A stretch of DNA of 64,000 nucleotides from Dehalococcoidia bacterium (GTDB lineage: Bacteria; Chloroflexota; Dehalococcoidia; Lucifugimonadales; VXLM01): positions 1,148,507 to 1,212,506 of the forward strand of contig OY759598.1 in assembly GCA_963662435.1 (NCBI GenBank), written 5' to 3'. Made by a program: the position numbers and the translations under genes. Below the pieces are notes generated by a model. That model ran no database searches. It saw only the letters and a list, made by a program, of their open reading frames with translations, and was not told where the DNA came from. Of the stretch, positions 1-9,782 are shown piece by piece. Positions within the stretch are counted from its first letter, which is position 1. The number at the start of each line of letters is the position of its first letter.

Positions 1-2
1 GC

Positions 3-926
3 GGCAAGCAGCGCAGCCTTTGGGTGGACGCCATGGAGCGGCTGATCCGAAACAGGGCTGCGATGGTCGGCCTGTTTATATCTGTTGTGCTGGTGATAAT
101 TGCGCTGATTGGGCCGTACATAGCGCCCCACGACTATATCAAGACGAATATCTCGAACATCGCCGCGACTCCGAATGCGACGAACTGGTTCGGGACCGAC
201 TTGATCGGTCGGGACATCTTCAGCCGAATTCTGCACTCGGTGCGGACGGCCATCTTCGTGGTTGTCGTCGTAGTGACTATCAGCACGATTCTCGGCATCA
301 TCCTGGGGGCGGCGGCAGCGTATCTCGGCAAGTGGGTCGACGACGGGATTATGCGTCTCACTGACATCATCCTGGCCTTCCCGGACCTGCTGCTGGTGGC
401 GTTCATCAGCCTGACGATACGACAGCCGTTTGTGAGCTGGCTGGGCTCCGTTTATCAGGAGACACAGTGGGAGTTCCTGCGCGATACGCTATTCCTCGAT
501 TATTTGATTGTCTTCGGAGCTTTAGCGCTCGTATCGTGGCCGGGGTATGCCCGGCTCATTCGAGGCCAGATACTCTCATTGCGGGAGCAGGACTTCATCC
601 GCGCGCAGGTCGCGCTCGGCGTGCCCGACCGGACGATCATGTTCCGCCACCTTGTGCCCAATTCCATCGCTCCTGTCATCGTCTCGATGTCGATAGGGAT
701 CGGCGGGATCATTTTGTTGGAATCTTCACTCAGCTTCCTGGGATTCGGGATTCAGCCTCCCGGTGCAAGCTGGGGAAGCATGGTCACGGAGAACCTCTTC
801 CAGTGGCGCACTTATCCGCATCTCGTGCTCATGCCGGGACTGACCCTTGCCCTCGCGGTCATAGGGTTCAACTTTCTGGGCGATGGACTGAACGACGCCC
901 TCAACCCGCGGCAGATACGACGATAG
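3..926 (+). CDS. Oligopeptide/dipeptide ABC transporter permease (OppC/DppC-like), 5' truncated by the window edge
   Basis: Frame is open from position 3 (GKQRSLWVDAMERLIRNRAA, typical OppC N-terminus); WFGTDLIGRD motif, EAA-like loop REQDFIRAQVALG, C-terminal NFLGDGLNDALNP. Confidence 0.93.
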   Translation, partial: GKQRSLWVDAMERLIRNRAAMVGLFISVVLVIIALIGPYIAPHDYIKTNISNIAATPNATNWFGTDLIGRDIFSRILHSVRTAIFVVVVVVTISTILGIILGAAAAYLGKWVDDGIMRLTDIILAFPDLLLVAFISLTIRQPFVSWLGSVYQETQWEFLRDTLFLDYLIVFGALALVSWPGYARLIRGQILSLREQDFIRAQVALGVPDRTIMFRHLVPNSIAPVIVSMSIGIGGIILLESSLSFLGFGIQPPGASWGSMVTENLFQWRTYPHLVLMPGLTLALAVIGFNFLGDGLNDALNPRQIRR

Positions 927-949
927 TAGCAGCGTCAGGAAGCAGTTAC

Positions 950-1933
950 ATGCCAGAACCGGTACTCAGCGTAAGAGCGCTTGAAACGCACCTTTACTCT
1001 CGTGAGGGTACGATCAGGCCGGTGAACAACGTGAGCTTCGACATCGGGCAGGGGGAGACCCTTGGGATAGTCGGTGAGAGCGGCTCCGGCAAGACGATGA
1101 CGGCGCTCTCGATCATGGGCCTGATACCGAAGAACCTCGGCGGGGTCGTAGGCGGAAGCGTTTTGCTGGACGGAGAAGACCTGGCGAGGATGTCCGATGC
1201 GGAGGTCCGACGCAGGCGCAGTACGAAGATGGGGATGATCTTCCAGGACCCGGCAACGTCGCTCAATCCGACGATGAAGGTGGGCCCGCAGATAGCAGAG
1301 ACGATGAAGACTCACCTGGGCATCAACGACACTACGGCGAGGAACAGGGCGATAGAGCTACTCGACCGGGTGGGGATACCGTCGCCGGAGAGCAGGTACA
1401 ACAACTACCCGTTCCAGTTCAGCGGCGGGATGAGACAGCGGGTTATGATCGCCATTGCGCTGTCGTGCGACCCTCTGCTCTTGATCGCGGACGAGCCGAC
1501 GACGGCGCTCGATGTGACGATTCAGGCGCAGCTGCTGGACTTCGTCCGAGAAATCAAAGACGAACGGGGCATGTCGGTTATGTGGATCACGCACGACCTG
1601 GGCGTTGTGGCGGAGCTTTGCGATCAGGTCGCGGTAATGTACGCGGGGTCTATTGTGGAGAAGGCGTCGGTGGACGACGTGTTCGCGCGGCCCAAGCATC
1701 GATATACCTCGATGCTGCTGAATTCGATGCCGTCAGTCGAAGGGAGGGCAGGAGAGCGACTTACGTCCATCAAGGGTCTGCCGCCCAACCTCGCCAATCT
1801 TCGTCCGGGCTGCCCGTTCGTGGGCAGGTGCAACTCGCCAATCGACCAGTGCACGGCAGAACGCCCTACCCTGCTGCCCATGGGAACGGACCACTCGGCA
1901 GCGTGCTGGAACCCCGTGGAAGACCCGGCGTAG
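950..1933 (+). CDS. Oligopeptide ABC transporter ATP-binding protein (OppD-like)
   Basis: Walker A GESGSGKT, signature FSGGMRQR, Walker B LLIADEPTT, C-terminal GCPF..RC; start moved to ATG 950 (MPEPVLSV). Confidence 0.95.
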   Translation: MPEPVLSVRALETHLYSREGTIRPVNNVSFDIGQGETLGIVGESGSGKTMTALSIMGLIPKNLGGVVGGSVLLDGEDLARMSDAEVRRRRSTKMGMIFQDPATSLNPTMKVGPQIAETMKTHLGINDTTARNRAIELLDRVGIPSPESRYNNYPFQFSGGMRQRVMIAIALSCDPLLLIADEPTTALDVTIQAQLLDFVREIKDERGMSVMWITHDLGVVAELCDQVAVMYAGSIVEKASVDDVFARPKHRYTSMLLNSMPSVEGRAGERLTSIKGLPPNLANLRPGCPFVGRCNSPIDQCTAERPTLLPMGTDHSAACWNPVEDPA

Positions 1934-1955
1934 TCTCCGAGCTGAGTAACTTTAG

Positions 1956-2969
1956 ATGACGCAAGACTCCAACATAAGCGGCAAAGTGCTCTTGGACATC
2001 AAGGGTCTCAAGACGTACTTCGAGGTCGGGTCGAAGGGGATCGTCTTCGGACTGGGGGCGAACCGGAATATCGTCCGCGCGGTGGACGGTGTCGACCTCA
2101 CCATACGTGAGGGTGAGACGCTTGGCCTCGTGGGAGAGAGCGGTTGCGGGAAGTCGACGCTCGGCTACACGATACTACAATTGGAGAAGCCGACGGAAGG
2201 AGAAGTCTCCTTCGAGGGCACGGACCTTGCTAAGCTGAAGAAGAATGAGATGCGCCCGTTCCGCAAGAAGATGCAGATCGTCTTTCAGGACCCCGCGGCG
2301 GCGCTCGACCCCCGACAGACCATCGGGGAGGCGATAGCCGAGCCGATCAGGATTCACCGGATCGTGGAGGACGATGAAGTAGAGGACCGGGTAGAGGAGA
2401 TCCTGAAGACGGTGGGGCTGAACCCCTACTTCAAGAACCGATACCCGCACGAGTTCAGCGGGGGACAGCAGCAGCGAATCGTCATCGCGAGGGCGCTTTC
2501 GGTCAATCCTACGTTCATCGTCGCCGACGAGCCCATTTCCGCCCTGGACGTATCTATCCAGGCGCAGATCATAAACCTGCTCGAGGAACTGCAGGACCAG
2601 TTCCAGTTGACCTACCTTTTCATCTCGCACGACCTGCGAGTGGTACGCCACATCAGCGATCGCGTGGCGGTCATGTATTTGGGGAAGGTAGTTGAGCGCG
2701 CGTCAACCACCGACCTTTACGGTGATCCTCTGCATCCCTATACCAGGGCGCTGCTGTCGGGCGTACCGGCGCCCGATCCGGAGTTGGCGCGGAAGCGGGA
2801 GAGGATCATTCTCGTTGGCGACGTGCCCAGCCCGATTAACCCGCCAAGCGGGTGTCGTTTCCGCACGCGGTGTCCCATAGCGGTTGACATGTGCTCGCAG
2901 GACGAGCCTCCGTTGGAGGAGAAGCGCGGCAATCACTGGGTTGCCTGCCACCTGGTGGAAGCAGAGTAG
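1956..2969 (+). CDS. Oligopeptide ABC transporter ATP-binding protein (OppF-like)
   Basis: GESGCGKST, FSGGQQQR, IVADEPIS, PSGCRFRTRCP. Confidence 0.95.
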   Translation: MTQDSNISGKVLLDIKGLKTYFEVGSKGIVFGLGANRNIVRAVDGVDLTIREGETLGLVGESGCGKSTLGYTILQLEKPTEGEVSFEGTDLAKLKKNEMRPFRKKMQIVFQDPAAALDPRQTIGEAIAEPIRIHRIVEDDEVEDRVEEILKTVGLNPYFKNRYPHEFSGGQQQRIVIARALSVNPTFIVADEPISALDVSIQAQIINLLEELQDQFQLTYLFISHDLRVVRHISDRVAVMYLGKVVERASTTDLYGDPLHPYTRALLSGVPAPDPELARKRERIILVGDVPSPINPPSGCRFRTRCPIAVDMCSQDEPPLEEKRGNHWVACHLVEAE

Positions 2970-2977
2970 AACGGGGT

Positions 2978-3013
2978 CCCTATCTCTGAATCTCTCCCCC
3001 GGCGAGGGAGAGA
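2978..3013. repeat. Palindromic intergenic repeat, CTCTCCC...GGGAGAG family
   Basis: ccctatctctgaatctctcccccggcgagggagaga; near-identical copy at 7988-8023. Confidence 0.7.
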
Positions 3014-3137
3014 CTGAAGATTGCTCTTACTTTTCTCCCACTGAGGAGACCGAGGTTCGACTCTAGCTTTCTCCCGCTAGAGACTGCAGCTCGGCCGGTA
3101 TGGCACAATGGCGGGAACGCAACGATAGAGGTGCAGT

Positions 3138-4022
3138 CTGCGTACATTCGTCCTACTCGGATATCGCATCCTCCTGGTCGTCGTGCTGGTATCGTTATTC
3201 AGCTATGCGGCCCTCGACCAGTCGGTTCTCCGCGCCCTCTATGATTTCGTAACGCGGCTTCAGACGACCCTTTCGAGCTACTTCGACTTCCTTACCAGCT
3301 TCTGGGAGGATGGCGAGGAGTTCGCATTGGTCGCCAACGCCTACTGGCAGACGCTGTTGCTGCTATTGAGCGCCGTGCTGCTGGGATCATGCGTCGGTCT
3401 TGCGCTCGGCATGGTGGCGGGTCTTTGGCCGGGATCGAGGGTGAGCGGGATCGCATCGGCGCTCAGCTTCGTCGGAGTGCTGACGCCGAGCTTTCTCCTA
3501 GCGCTGTTGGTGCTGTTGTTGTTTGTGAGGTACATCAACCCGGCGTTCGGGATCAAATTCGTCCTGGTCAGTCCACTCGTGGACGTGTTCGACCCAAGGA
3601 GGCTGTTTCCCCCTGCACTGGTGCTATCGGTCCGCCCGATGGCGTTCGTGGCGCAGGTGACGATTTCAGCGCTACAGGACGTGATTCGCACGGACTATGT
3701 CCGTACCGCGCACGCCAAGGGCCTGCTGCCATGGACGGTGTTGTTCCGTCACATCATGCGGAACATCTCGACACCCGTCCTGACTGCGGTAAACTCATCG
3801 TTCTTCTTCTCGCTCAGCAGCATCCTGGTCGTGGAGTGGTACTTCTCCTGGGGCGGAATAGGTTTCCGTCTGCTCGAGGCGGTGGGCAGCAGGGACGCGG
3901 CTCTGGCCAGCTACCTGCTGGTGACCATCGGCGTCACACTCCTACTCATCAATACGTTCATCAATATAGTCATTCAGCGACTCGACCGCCGGCTGGAACG
4001 CGTTGAAGCGACGGTCTCGTGA
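3138..4022 (+). CDS. ABC transporter permease (OppB/DppB-like), probable CTG start
   Basis: DYVRTAHAKGL EAA loop, IVEWYFSWGGIG-like C-terminal motif; in-frame CTG at 3138 follows SD-like GAGGTG and adds a hydrophobic N-terminus (ORF track start is 3183). Confidence 0.85.
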   Translation: MRTFVLLGYRILLVVVLVSLFSYAALDQSVLRALYDFVTRLQTTLSSYFDFLTSFWEDGEEFALVANAYWQTLLLLLSAVLLGSCVGLALGMVAGLWPGSRVSGIASALSFVGVLTPSFLLALLVLLLFVRYINPAFGIKFVLVSPLVDVFDPRRLFPPALVLSVRPMAFVAQVTISALQDVIRTDYVRTAHAKGLLPWTVLFRHIMRNISTPVLTAVNSSFFFSLSSILVVEWYFSWGGIGFRLLEAVGSRDAALASYLLVTIGVTLLLINTFINIVIQRLDRRLERVEATVS

Positions 4023-4086
4023 GGTCTTTTGTTGTTGAGGTTAGGTTCATTTTGAACGACTTTGGCTTTGGAAATAGAGCTTCGTC

Positions 4087-5211
4087 ATGCCTCCTGACGT
4101 CGTAGAAACGGGCGCTGCGGTCTGGTGGCTGCGCTACGGTTGGATCATGGCAGGCGGACTCGTGCTGCTGCTGTTGGCGAGCATGACAGTGCGGCGCTGG
4201 GGCGTGCGAGCCCTTGGCGTGTCCCTGCAGCCGGTCGAGGCGGATGAACAACTGTCAACGGGACGCCGCACGTGGGACAGGTTCGCGAGGAATTCGCTCC
4301 GCTACCTTTCCAATACGTCACTGGTCGTGGGAACCATCGCGGTGGCGGTGCTCTTCGTCGCGACATTCTGGCCGGGAGCGCTGTCACCCTTCGAACCGGA
4401 TGAGCGAGGCCGTCGTCTCCAGTATATAAATGGAGAGGTGAGAGCGGCGCCTTTTCCTCCGAGCACTCCCTACCCTCTCGGCACCGACCTCGACGGGCGG
4501 GACATGCTTAGCCGGATCATGCACGGCACGAAGTCGACGATGACGCTCATCCTGTCGGTCGCCCTGATGCGGTTCGGAATCGGGGCAACGCTTGGACTGA
4601 TTGCCGGTTGGAGAGGCGGGGCGACGGGTCAGCAGATCCTTTCATTCGCGGCAGTGTCGTCGTCGATTCCGAGTCTGCTGTTCGCATTCATATTCATACT
4701 TGCCATCGGGCCGCAGATAGGTTTCGGAGTGTTTCTCCTGGGGCTAGGGCTGACGGGTTGGGCGGAGCTCACGAATGTGGTAAACGGAGCGGTGAGGGCG
4801 GCACGGACACAGCCGTATATCGAGGGGGCCATGGCGCTAGGGTCTTCGACTCCCCAGCTATTTCGGAGACACCTGCTGCCGGCCATCACGCCGCAACTTC
4901 TACCCGCGATCGCGCTCGAGATCAGCGCCGTAATCCTCATGCTCGGAGAGCTGGGGTTCCTTGGGGTGCTCCTCGGTGAGCGTTACATTGAAATCTCGAC
5001 ACAGATGGAGAGGGCCTCAGTCAGGATGCCGGCGACGCCGGAATGGGCGGCGATGCTATCCGGCGCACGGCTCGCGATCTTCCAATGGCCGTGGCTGTCA
5101 CTAGGACCCGCTCTCGCATTTCTTTTTGCTATACTTGGCTTCAATTTGCTGGCTAGCGGACTGCGGTCCTGGTTCGATCCGTACCGGGCGCGTTTATTCG
5201 GCGTAAAGTGA
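4087..5211 (+). CDS. ABC transporter permease (OppC/DppC-like) with N-terminal extension
   Basis: PLGTDLDGRDMLSR, PYIEGAMALG, GFNLLASGLRSWFDP. Confidence 0.88.
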   Translation: MPPDVVETGAAVWWLRYGWIMAGGLVLLLLASMTVRRWGVRALGVSLQPVEADEQLSTGRRTWDRFARNSLRYLSNTSLVVGTIAVAVLFVATFWPGALSPFEPDERGRRLQYINGEVRAAPFPPSTPYPLGTDLDGRDMLSRIMHGTKSTMTLILSVALMRFGIGATLGLIAGWRGGATGQQILSFAAVSSSIPSLLFAFIFILAIGPQIGFGVFLLGLGLTGWAELTNVVNGAVRAARTQPYIEGAMALGSSTPQLFRRHLLPAITPQLLPAIALEISAVILMLGELGFLGVLLGERYIEISTQMERASVRMPATPEWAAMLSGARLAIFQWPWLSLGPALAFLFAILGFNLLASGLRSWFDPYRARLFGVK

Positions 5212-5223
5212 TCGGAGGAAGAC

Positions 5224-6585
5224 ATGGCGAATACTGAGAATGCAGTCGAAATAGGCGAGGACCGGCAGCTCTTTGTCGACGACTACTGGATAGCAGACTC
5301 GGCGGGGATTGAGCGAGTACTCCACTCGCCTACGCGGCAGGACGTCGCGCTGGAGCCGGAACATCCCTGGGAAGTCGGCGGCCTGTCCTATTTGATCGCA
5401 TTTCCCGATCAGGGCAAGTATCGCGGGTGGTACCGCGCCGACCCGCTGCTGCAGGACTCGGACTTCAACTCCATAACCTGCTATGCCGAAAGCGACGATG
5501 GGATCAACTGGACGAAACCGAACGTCGGCCTTATCGAGTTCAACGGCTCGAAGGACAACAACATCGTGTGGACGGAGCCGGGCATCAACCTTGCGCCGTT
5601 CAAGGACGCCAACCCCGACGCGAAGCCTGAGGAGCAGTACAAGGCGTTTATCCGCGTCCGGCGGGTGATGCACGCCCTCTCATCGCCCGACGGGCTACAG
5701 TGGAAGATGATGCGTGAGGAGCCTATCCTCACGGACTATCCTTTCGACACACTAAACATTGCATTCTGGGATACGTGGCGCAAGGAATACGTGGGATACT
5801 GCCGCGGGGTGGCGGGACAGGGCTCAAGCGACTTCTTCACGGGGGTGCGCTGGATTCGGCGAAGCACGTCGAAGGACTTTCTGAACTGGGGACCGTTGGA
5901 GAACATCGACTGCGGCGACACGCCGTGGGAACATTTCTACACGAATTCGTGCATCCAGTATGAACGAGCGCCGGGGACGTACCTGATGTTCCCGTCGCGG
6001 TTCGTCCACGATCGAACACCGGACCCTGAGTGGACGTATGACACGGGCGTCAGCGATATCGTCTTCATGTCCAGCCGTGACGGGTTCAATTTCGACCGGA
6101 GCTTCTTGGAGGCGTTCATCCGGCCAGGGCTGGACTTCAAAAACTGGCACGACAGGGGAATCTACTTCGAGGTTGGCATCCTGCACACGTCGGACAGCGA
6201 GATGACGATGTTCGGGATGGAGAACGCTCACTTGCCGACGCAGCGCATCCGACGGTATACGTTGCGGACTGACGGTTTCGTGTCGGTCAACGGGGGATTT
6301 AAAGGGGGCGAGTTTACGACGAGACCACTCATATTCAGTGGGACCTCCCTTGAATTGAACTACGCGACGTCCGCGGTCGGCTCGCTCAAGGTAGAGATAC
6401 AGGACGCCGACGGCCATGCCATCCCCGGATTCAGCCTCGACGACTTCCCGGAGAAATTCGGCGACGAGATCGAGGGCAAGGTCTCGTGGAACGGGAGCTG
6501 TGACGTGAGCAGCCTGGCCGGGAGGGCCGTGCGTCTAAGGTTCTTGCTCAAGGACGCGGACGTGTACGCGTTCAAGTTTGGATGA
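5224..6585 (+). CDS. Uncharacterised Asp-box beta-propeller glycoside-hydrolase-like protein (paralog 1)
   Basis: Asp-box repeats SDDGINW, SPDGLQW, SKDFLNW, SRDGFNF; C-terminal LRTDGFVS...LRFLLKDADVYAF domain; no signal peptide. Confidence 0.75.
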   Translation: MANTENAVEIGEDRQLFVDDYWIADSAGIERVLHSPTRQDVALEPEHPWEVGGLSYLIAFPDQGKYRGWYRADPLLQDSDFNSITCYAESDDGINWTKPNVGLIEFNGSKDNNIVWTEPGINLAPFKDANPDAKPEEQYKAFIRVRRVMHALSSPDGLQWKMMREEPILTDYPFDTLNIAFWDTWRKEYVGYCRGVAGQGSSDFFTGVRWIRRSTSKDFLNWGPLENIDCGDTPWEHFYTNSCIQYERAPGTYLMFPSRFVHDRTPDPEWTYDTGVSDIVFMSSRDGFNFDRSFLEAFIRPGLDFKNWHDRGIYFEVGILHTSDSEMTMFGMENAHLPTQRIRRYTLRTDGFVSVNGGFKGGEFTTRPLIFSGTSLELNYATSAVGSLKVEIQDADGHAIPGFSLDDFPEKFGDEIEGKVSWNGSCDVSSLAGRAVRLRFLLKDADVYAFKFG

Positions 6586-6695
6586 GGGTGTGGGGAGTAG
6601 GAGAGCTCACCACAGAGGGCGCGGAGAACTCAGAAGGGGTTTGGCAGCGGCGGATCTTTGCTTAGCTCTGGATGGCTACCTGACGATACATGTGC

Positions 6696-6724
6696 TTGCA
6701 AAACGCTTGCAATGCTGTCATAAT
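6696..6724 (+). promoter_or_regulatory. Sigma70-like promoter and probable operator of the TA locus
   Basis: TTGCAA-17bp-CATAAT with TGn extended -10; GCTTGCAA occurs twice. Confidence 0.5.
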
Positions 6725-6744
6725 GCCTTCAAGCGAGGTGTGAC

Positions 6745-6981
6745 ATGGCAGTACAGATCACCATAAGGGGCGTCCCTGAGTCCGTCCGTGACGAGCTTGC
6801 AGTCCGCGCCGCGCTCCAACGTCAGTCCATGCAGGAGTTTCTGCGCGGAGAGTTAGAGCGCATAGCGTCGCGCCCGTCGATTGACGAATGGGTGAGAGAA
6901 ATACGCGAACGCAAGACAGCCTATGGGACTCACGTCCCAACCTCCGACATTCTGGCCGCCCGCGACGCTGACAGGACTTGA
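6745..6981 (+). CDS. Antitoxin, FitA/VapB-like ribbon-helix-helix
   Basis: MAVQITIRGVPESVRDELAVRAALQRQSMQEFLR RHH pattern; 4-bp overlap with PIN gene. Confidence 0.85.
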   Translation: MAVQITIRGVPESVRDELAVRAALQRQSMQEFLRGELERIASRPSIDEWVREIRERKTAYGTHVPTSDILAARDADRT

Positions 6982-7370
6982 CCAAGGCCGTCGATGCGTC
7001 CGTCTTAGTCGCGGCACTCGTTGACTCAGGCCCGGAAGGGACGTGGTCGGAACAGGCAGTAGCCGAGGGATCATTAATAGCTCCCGAACTGGTCTTGGTC
7101 GAGGCAAGCAACGTTCTTCGCCGCCTGGAACGATCTCGCGAGATATCCGAAATCGAGGCCACACTGGCCCACGAGAATCTACTGCGTCTCGAACTCCAAC
7201 TATTCCCGTTCGCCCCGTTCGCGGATCGAGTTTGGGAACTACGGAAAAACCTCACCAGTTACGACGCCTGGTACGTTGCCATGGCCGAGTCGTTCGATTG
7301 TCCGTTGGCAACACTTGATCGAAAACTCAGCCGTGCCAGCGGCCCTACGTGCGAGATTGTCGTGCCGTAG
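6978..7370 (+). CDS. vapC: PIN-domain VapC-family toxin
   Basis: VDASV, E, TSYDAWYVAMAE, LATLDRKL conserved acidic PIN residues. Confidence 0.92.
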   Translation: MTKAVDASVLVAALVDSGPEGTWSEQAVAEGSLIAPELVLVEASNVLRRLERSREISEIEATLAHENLLRLELQLFPFAPFADRVWELRKNLTSYDAWYVAMAESFDCPLATLDRKLSRASGPTCEIVVP

Positions 7371-7396
7371 GGAGTAGAGAGAGGCCTACGACGACG

Positions 7397-7417
7397 GGGC
7401 GGGTTTGAAACCCGCCC
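7397..7417. repeat. REP-like perfect palindrome between convergent genes
   Basis: gggcgggttt-g-aaacccgccc, 10-bp arms. Confidence 0.75.
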
Positions 7418-7497
7418 TTACCAAGTCATTGCTTCGCTGCCATGCCATACCTGGATGTAGAACCACTATTGTCCAAAATCGGCCTGGGGCCCCGCGT

Positions 7498-7759
7498 TCA
7501 GCGGAATAAGACAAGAATATAGAAGATGGTCCAACAGACTATGAGCACAAGAGCGACGATGTGGATCGCCAGGGCCCGTACGAGGAACATCGGCGGTGCC
7601 GGTAGTTAGTGTTCGAGTGCGCTTATAGGCTATCAATGAGAGTGGTAGGCCTAATCCAACGCATACAAGGGCAGCGAATTGCAGATATGGAAAGAGGAAT
7701 GGCGCTATGGTAGTGCCAAGCAGGGCAATTATCCCGAGAACCAGACCTGCGACGGCCAT
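7498..7759 (-). pseudogene. Small 3-TM membrane protein (DUF4190-like) with a one-base insertion frameshift
   Basis: MAVAGLVLGIIALLG...; removing one base of the GGG at 7572-7574 restores a third helix TGLAIHIVALVLIVCWTIFYILVLFR* ending at 7498. Confidence 0.6.
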
Positions 7760-7926
7760 TATTCGATCGTCCCATCTATTGAATGCTCATGCCGTCCAAT
7801 GCGGTGTTGACTAGATCCATGGTGTAGGTTCGAATTGAACCGGGTGAGCTACAAATAGCGAGATCGCCCTTCTACAGGCTTTCAAGAAACTGATTCATAT
7901 CAGCGACGATGCACGGCCAATTTCAG

Positions 7927-7951
7927 CCTTCGACAGGCTCAGGCCGAACGG
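7927..7951. repeat. Palindromic repeat, CCTTCGACAGGCTCAGG..GAACGG family
   Basis: ccttcgacaggctcaggccgaacgg; relatives near 13765-13823, 26133-26157 and 37807-37835. Confidence 0.65.
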
Positions 7952-7987
7952 TTCAGGTTTCGACGGGTTATCAAGTAACTGCGGGAA

Positions 7988-8023
7988 CCCCCTCTCTGTA
8001 TCTCTCCCCCGGCGGGGGAGAGA
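7988..8023. repeat. Palindromic intergenic repeat, CTCTCCC...GGGAGAG family
   Basis: ccccctctctgtatctctcccccggcgggggagaga. Confidence 0.7.
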
Positions 8024-8326
8024 TTAAGGGTGATTGCAAGGCAGCTACTGACACGCCGGCATGGCCCCGCGCGGGGGGCGTAACGCTGCTCAGGGTGAAC
8101 GGATTGCCTTGTGATAATCCTCCAGGGGATGAGTCAATGCTGTAGACTAATGGGCCGCAGGTCGCTAGGCTATAGCTCGGCTGAATCGTCGTCAAGATGA
8201 TGCTCATAAGACGGTGATTAACAGTCGCTTTCGTAGTGTGAGATCGCAGCAACTGAATCGTGTCTCGCATTAGGGATGAAGCTTGAGCAAGAGAAATAAA
8301 GCGCTATACTCCGCAGAAACAAACTT

Positions 8327-9712
8327 ATGCAGAACGTAATCGAGATCGGAACGAATCGACAGCTCTTCTTCGACGACCTCATCATCGACACGATGAGCGG
8401 GGCGAAGCGGGTCATGCATTCACCGACTCGCCGAGAGACCGTCCTCGTGGGCGACAAGCCGTGGGACGAGGCGAGCGTGGCGTATATGTCGATCATACGC
8501 GACGGAGACCTATATCGCGGCTACTACCGTTGCTACCGGCGAGGGGAAGACCAGGAGAATGTCCCGCGCCACATCGCCTATGCGGAAAGCAGGGATGGCG
8601 TCCACTGGGAGAAGCCCAGCCTTGGACTGTTGGACTTCGACGGATCAAAGGACAACAACTTGTTGTGGAAGGGGCCGGGAACGAACTTTTCAGCATTCAT
8701 CGACGATAACCCAGCAGAGCCGCCTGAACGCCGTTACAAGGCCGTCGTGCGGACAGGGCGTGCTGACGGGGCGGCGCTGGGCGCGCAGGGGCCCTGTGTG
8801 ATCGCACTTTCGTCGCCGGACGGCATTAGTTGGAGCCTGATGCAGGACACTCCCATCCTGACGGAGGGCCCGTTCGACTCGTTCAACATTGTATTCAGGG
8901 ATGAGCGCATCGGTCAGTACGTGATCTTCACGAGGGGCGTCGGCGGGTCGGACGGCCCGTTCAAGGGAGGAGTCCGCTGGATCAGGCGAGCCGTTTCGGA
9001 CGACTTTCTCAACTGGAGCGACCTCGAGCTGATCAATACCGGCGAGGAGCCGGCGGAGCACCTGTACACCAATGCCTGCGTCCCCTATGAGCGCTCGCCG
9101 GGAACGTACCTCATGTTCCCTTCCCGGCTCGTTCTGGAGCACACACCCGACCCTGACTGGCCCAACGGTCCCGGCGTCAACGACATCGCGTTGATGAGCA
9201 GTCGTGACGGGATCACGTGGGACCGCTCGTTCATGGAAGCATTCATCCGCCCCGGCCTTGACATGGAAAACTGGCACGAGCGGGGGATCTATTTCGAGCG
9301 TGGAATATTCCAGACGTCTCACGACACCCTGAGCATGTACTGCTCCGACCATTGGCGCTACCCTACTACTCGCATATCACGGTACACACTGCGAACGGAC
9401 GGATTCGTATCGGTCAACGCCGGTTTTGGAGGAGGAGAATTCACCACGCATCCTCTCGTTTTCAGGGGTCTCGGACTCGAATTGAACTACTCGACATCAG
9501 CGGTGGGTTCGGTGCGGGTCGAAATTCAGGACGCTGAAGGACGCGCTCTTCCGGGTTTCGGCCTGGAGGATTTTCCAGAGAGATTTGGCGACGAGATCGA
9601 TGGAAAGGCGTCGTGGATCAACGGAGCCGACGCAGGCGAACTCACAGGCAGTCCTGTACGGCTACGGTTCGTCCTGAAGGATGCGGACCTGTATGCCTTC
9701 AAGTTCGGATGA
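8327..9712 (+). CDS. Uncharacterised Asp-box beta-propeller glycoside-hydrolase-like protein (paralog 2)
   Basis: Colinear with 5224-6585; SRDGVHW, SPDGISW, SDDFLNW, SRDGITW. Confidence 0.75.
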   Translation: MQNVIEIGTNRQLFFDDLIIDTMSGAKRVMHSPTRRETVLVGDKPWDEASVAYMSIIRDGDLYRGYYRCYRRGEDQENVPRHIAYAESRDGVHWEKPSLGLLDFDGSKDNNLLWKGPGTNFSAFIDDNPAEPPERRYKAVVRTGRADGAALGAQGPCVIALSSPDGISWSLMQDTPILTEGPFDSFNIVFRDERIGQYVIFTRGVGGSDGPFKGGVRWIRRAVSDDFLNWSDLELINTGEEPAEHLYTNACVPYERSPGTYLMFPSRLVLEHTPDPDWPNGPGVNDIALMSSRDGITWDRSFMEAFIRPGLDMENWHERGIYFERGIFQTSHDTLSMYCSDHWRYPTTRISRYTLRTDGFVSVNAGFGGGEFTTHPLVFRGLGLELNYSTSAVGSVRVEIQDAEGRALPGFGLEDFPERFGDEIDGKASWINGADAGELTGSPVRLRFVLKDADLYAFKFG

Positions 9713-9782
9713 GGGCGCTATGCCGAGCGCATGACCCAGCAAACGGCATATACTCACTTTTCATCACGATAGGAACGAACAC

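Noticed and set aside
467..949. N-terminal 161-aa extension of the OppD ORF
   Set aside because: It overlaps the permease in another frame; the ATPase domain starts at ATG 950
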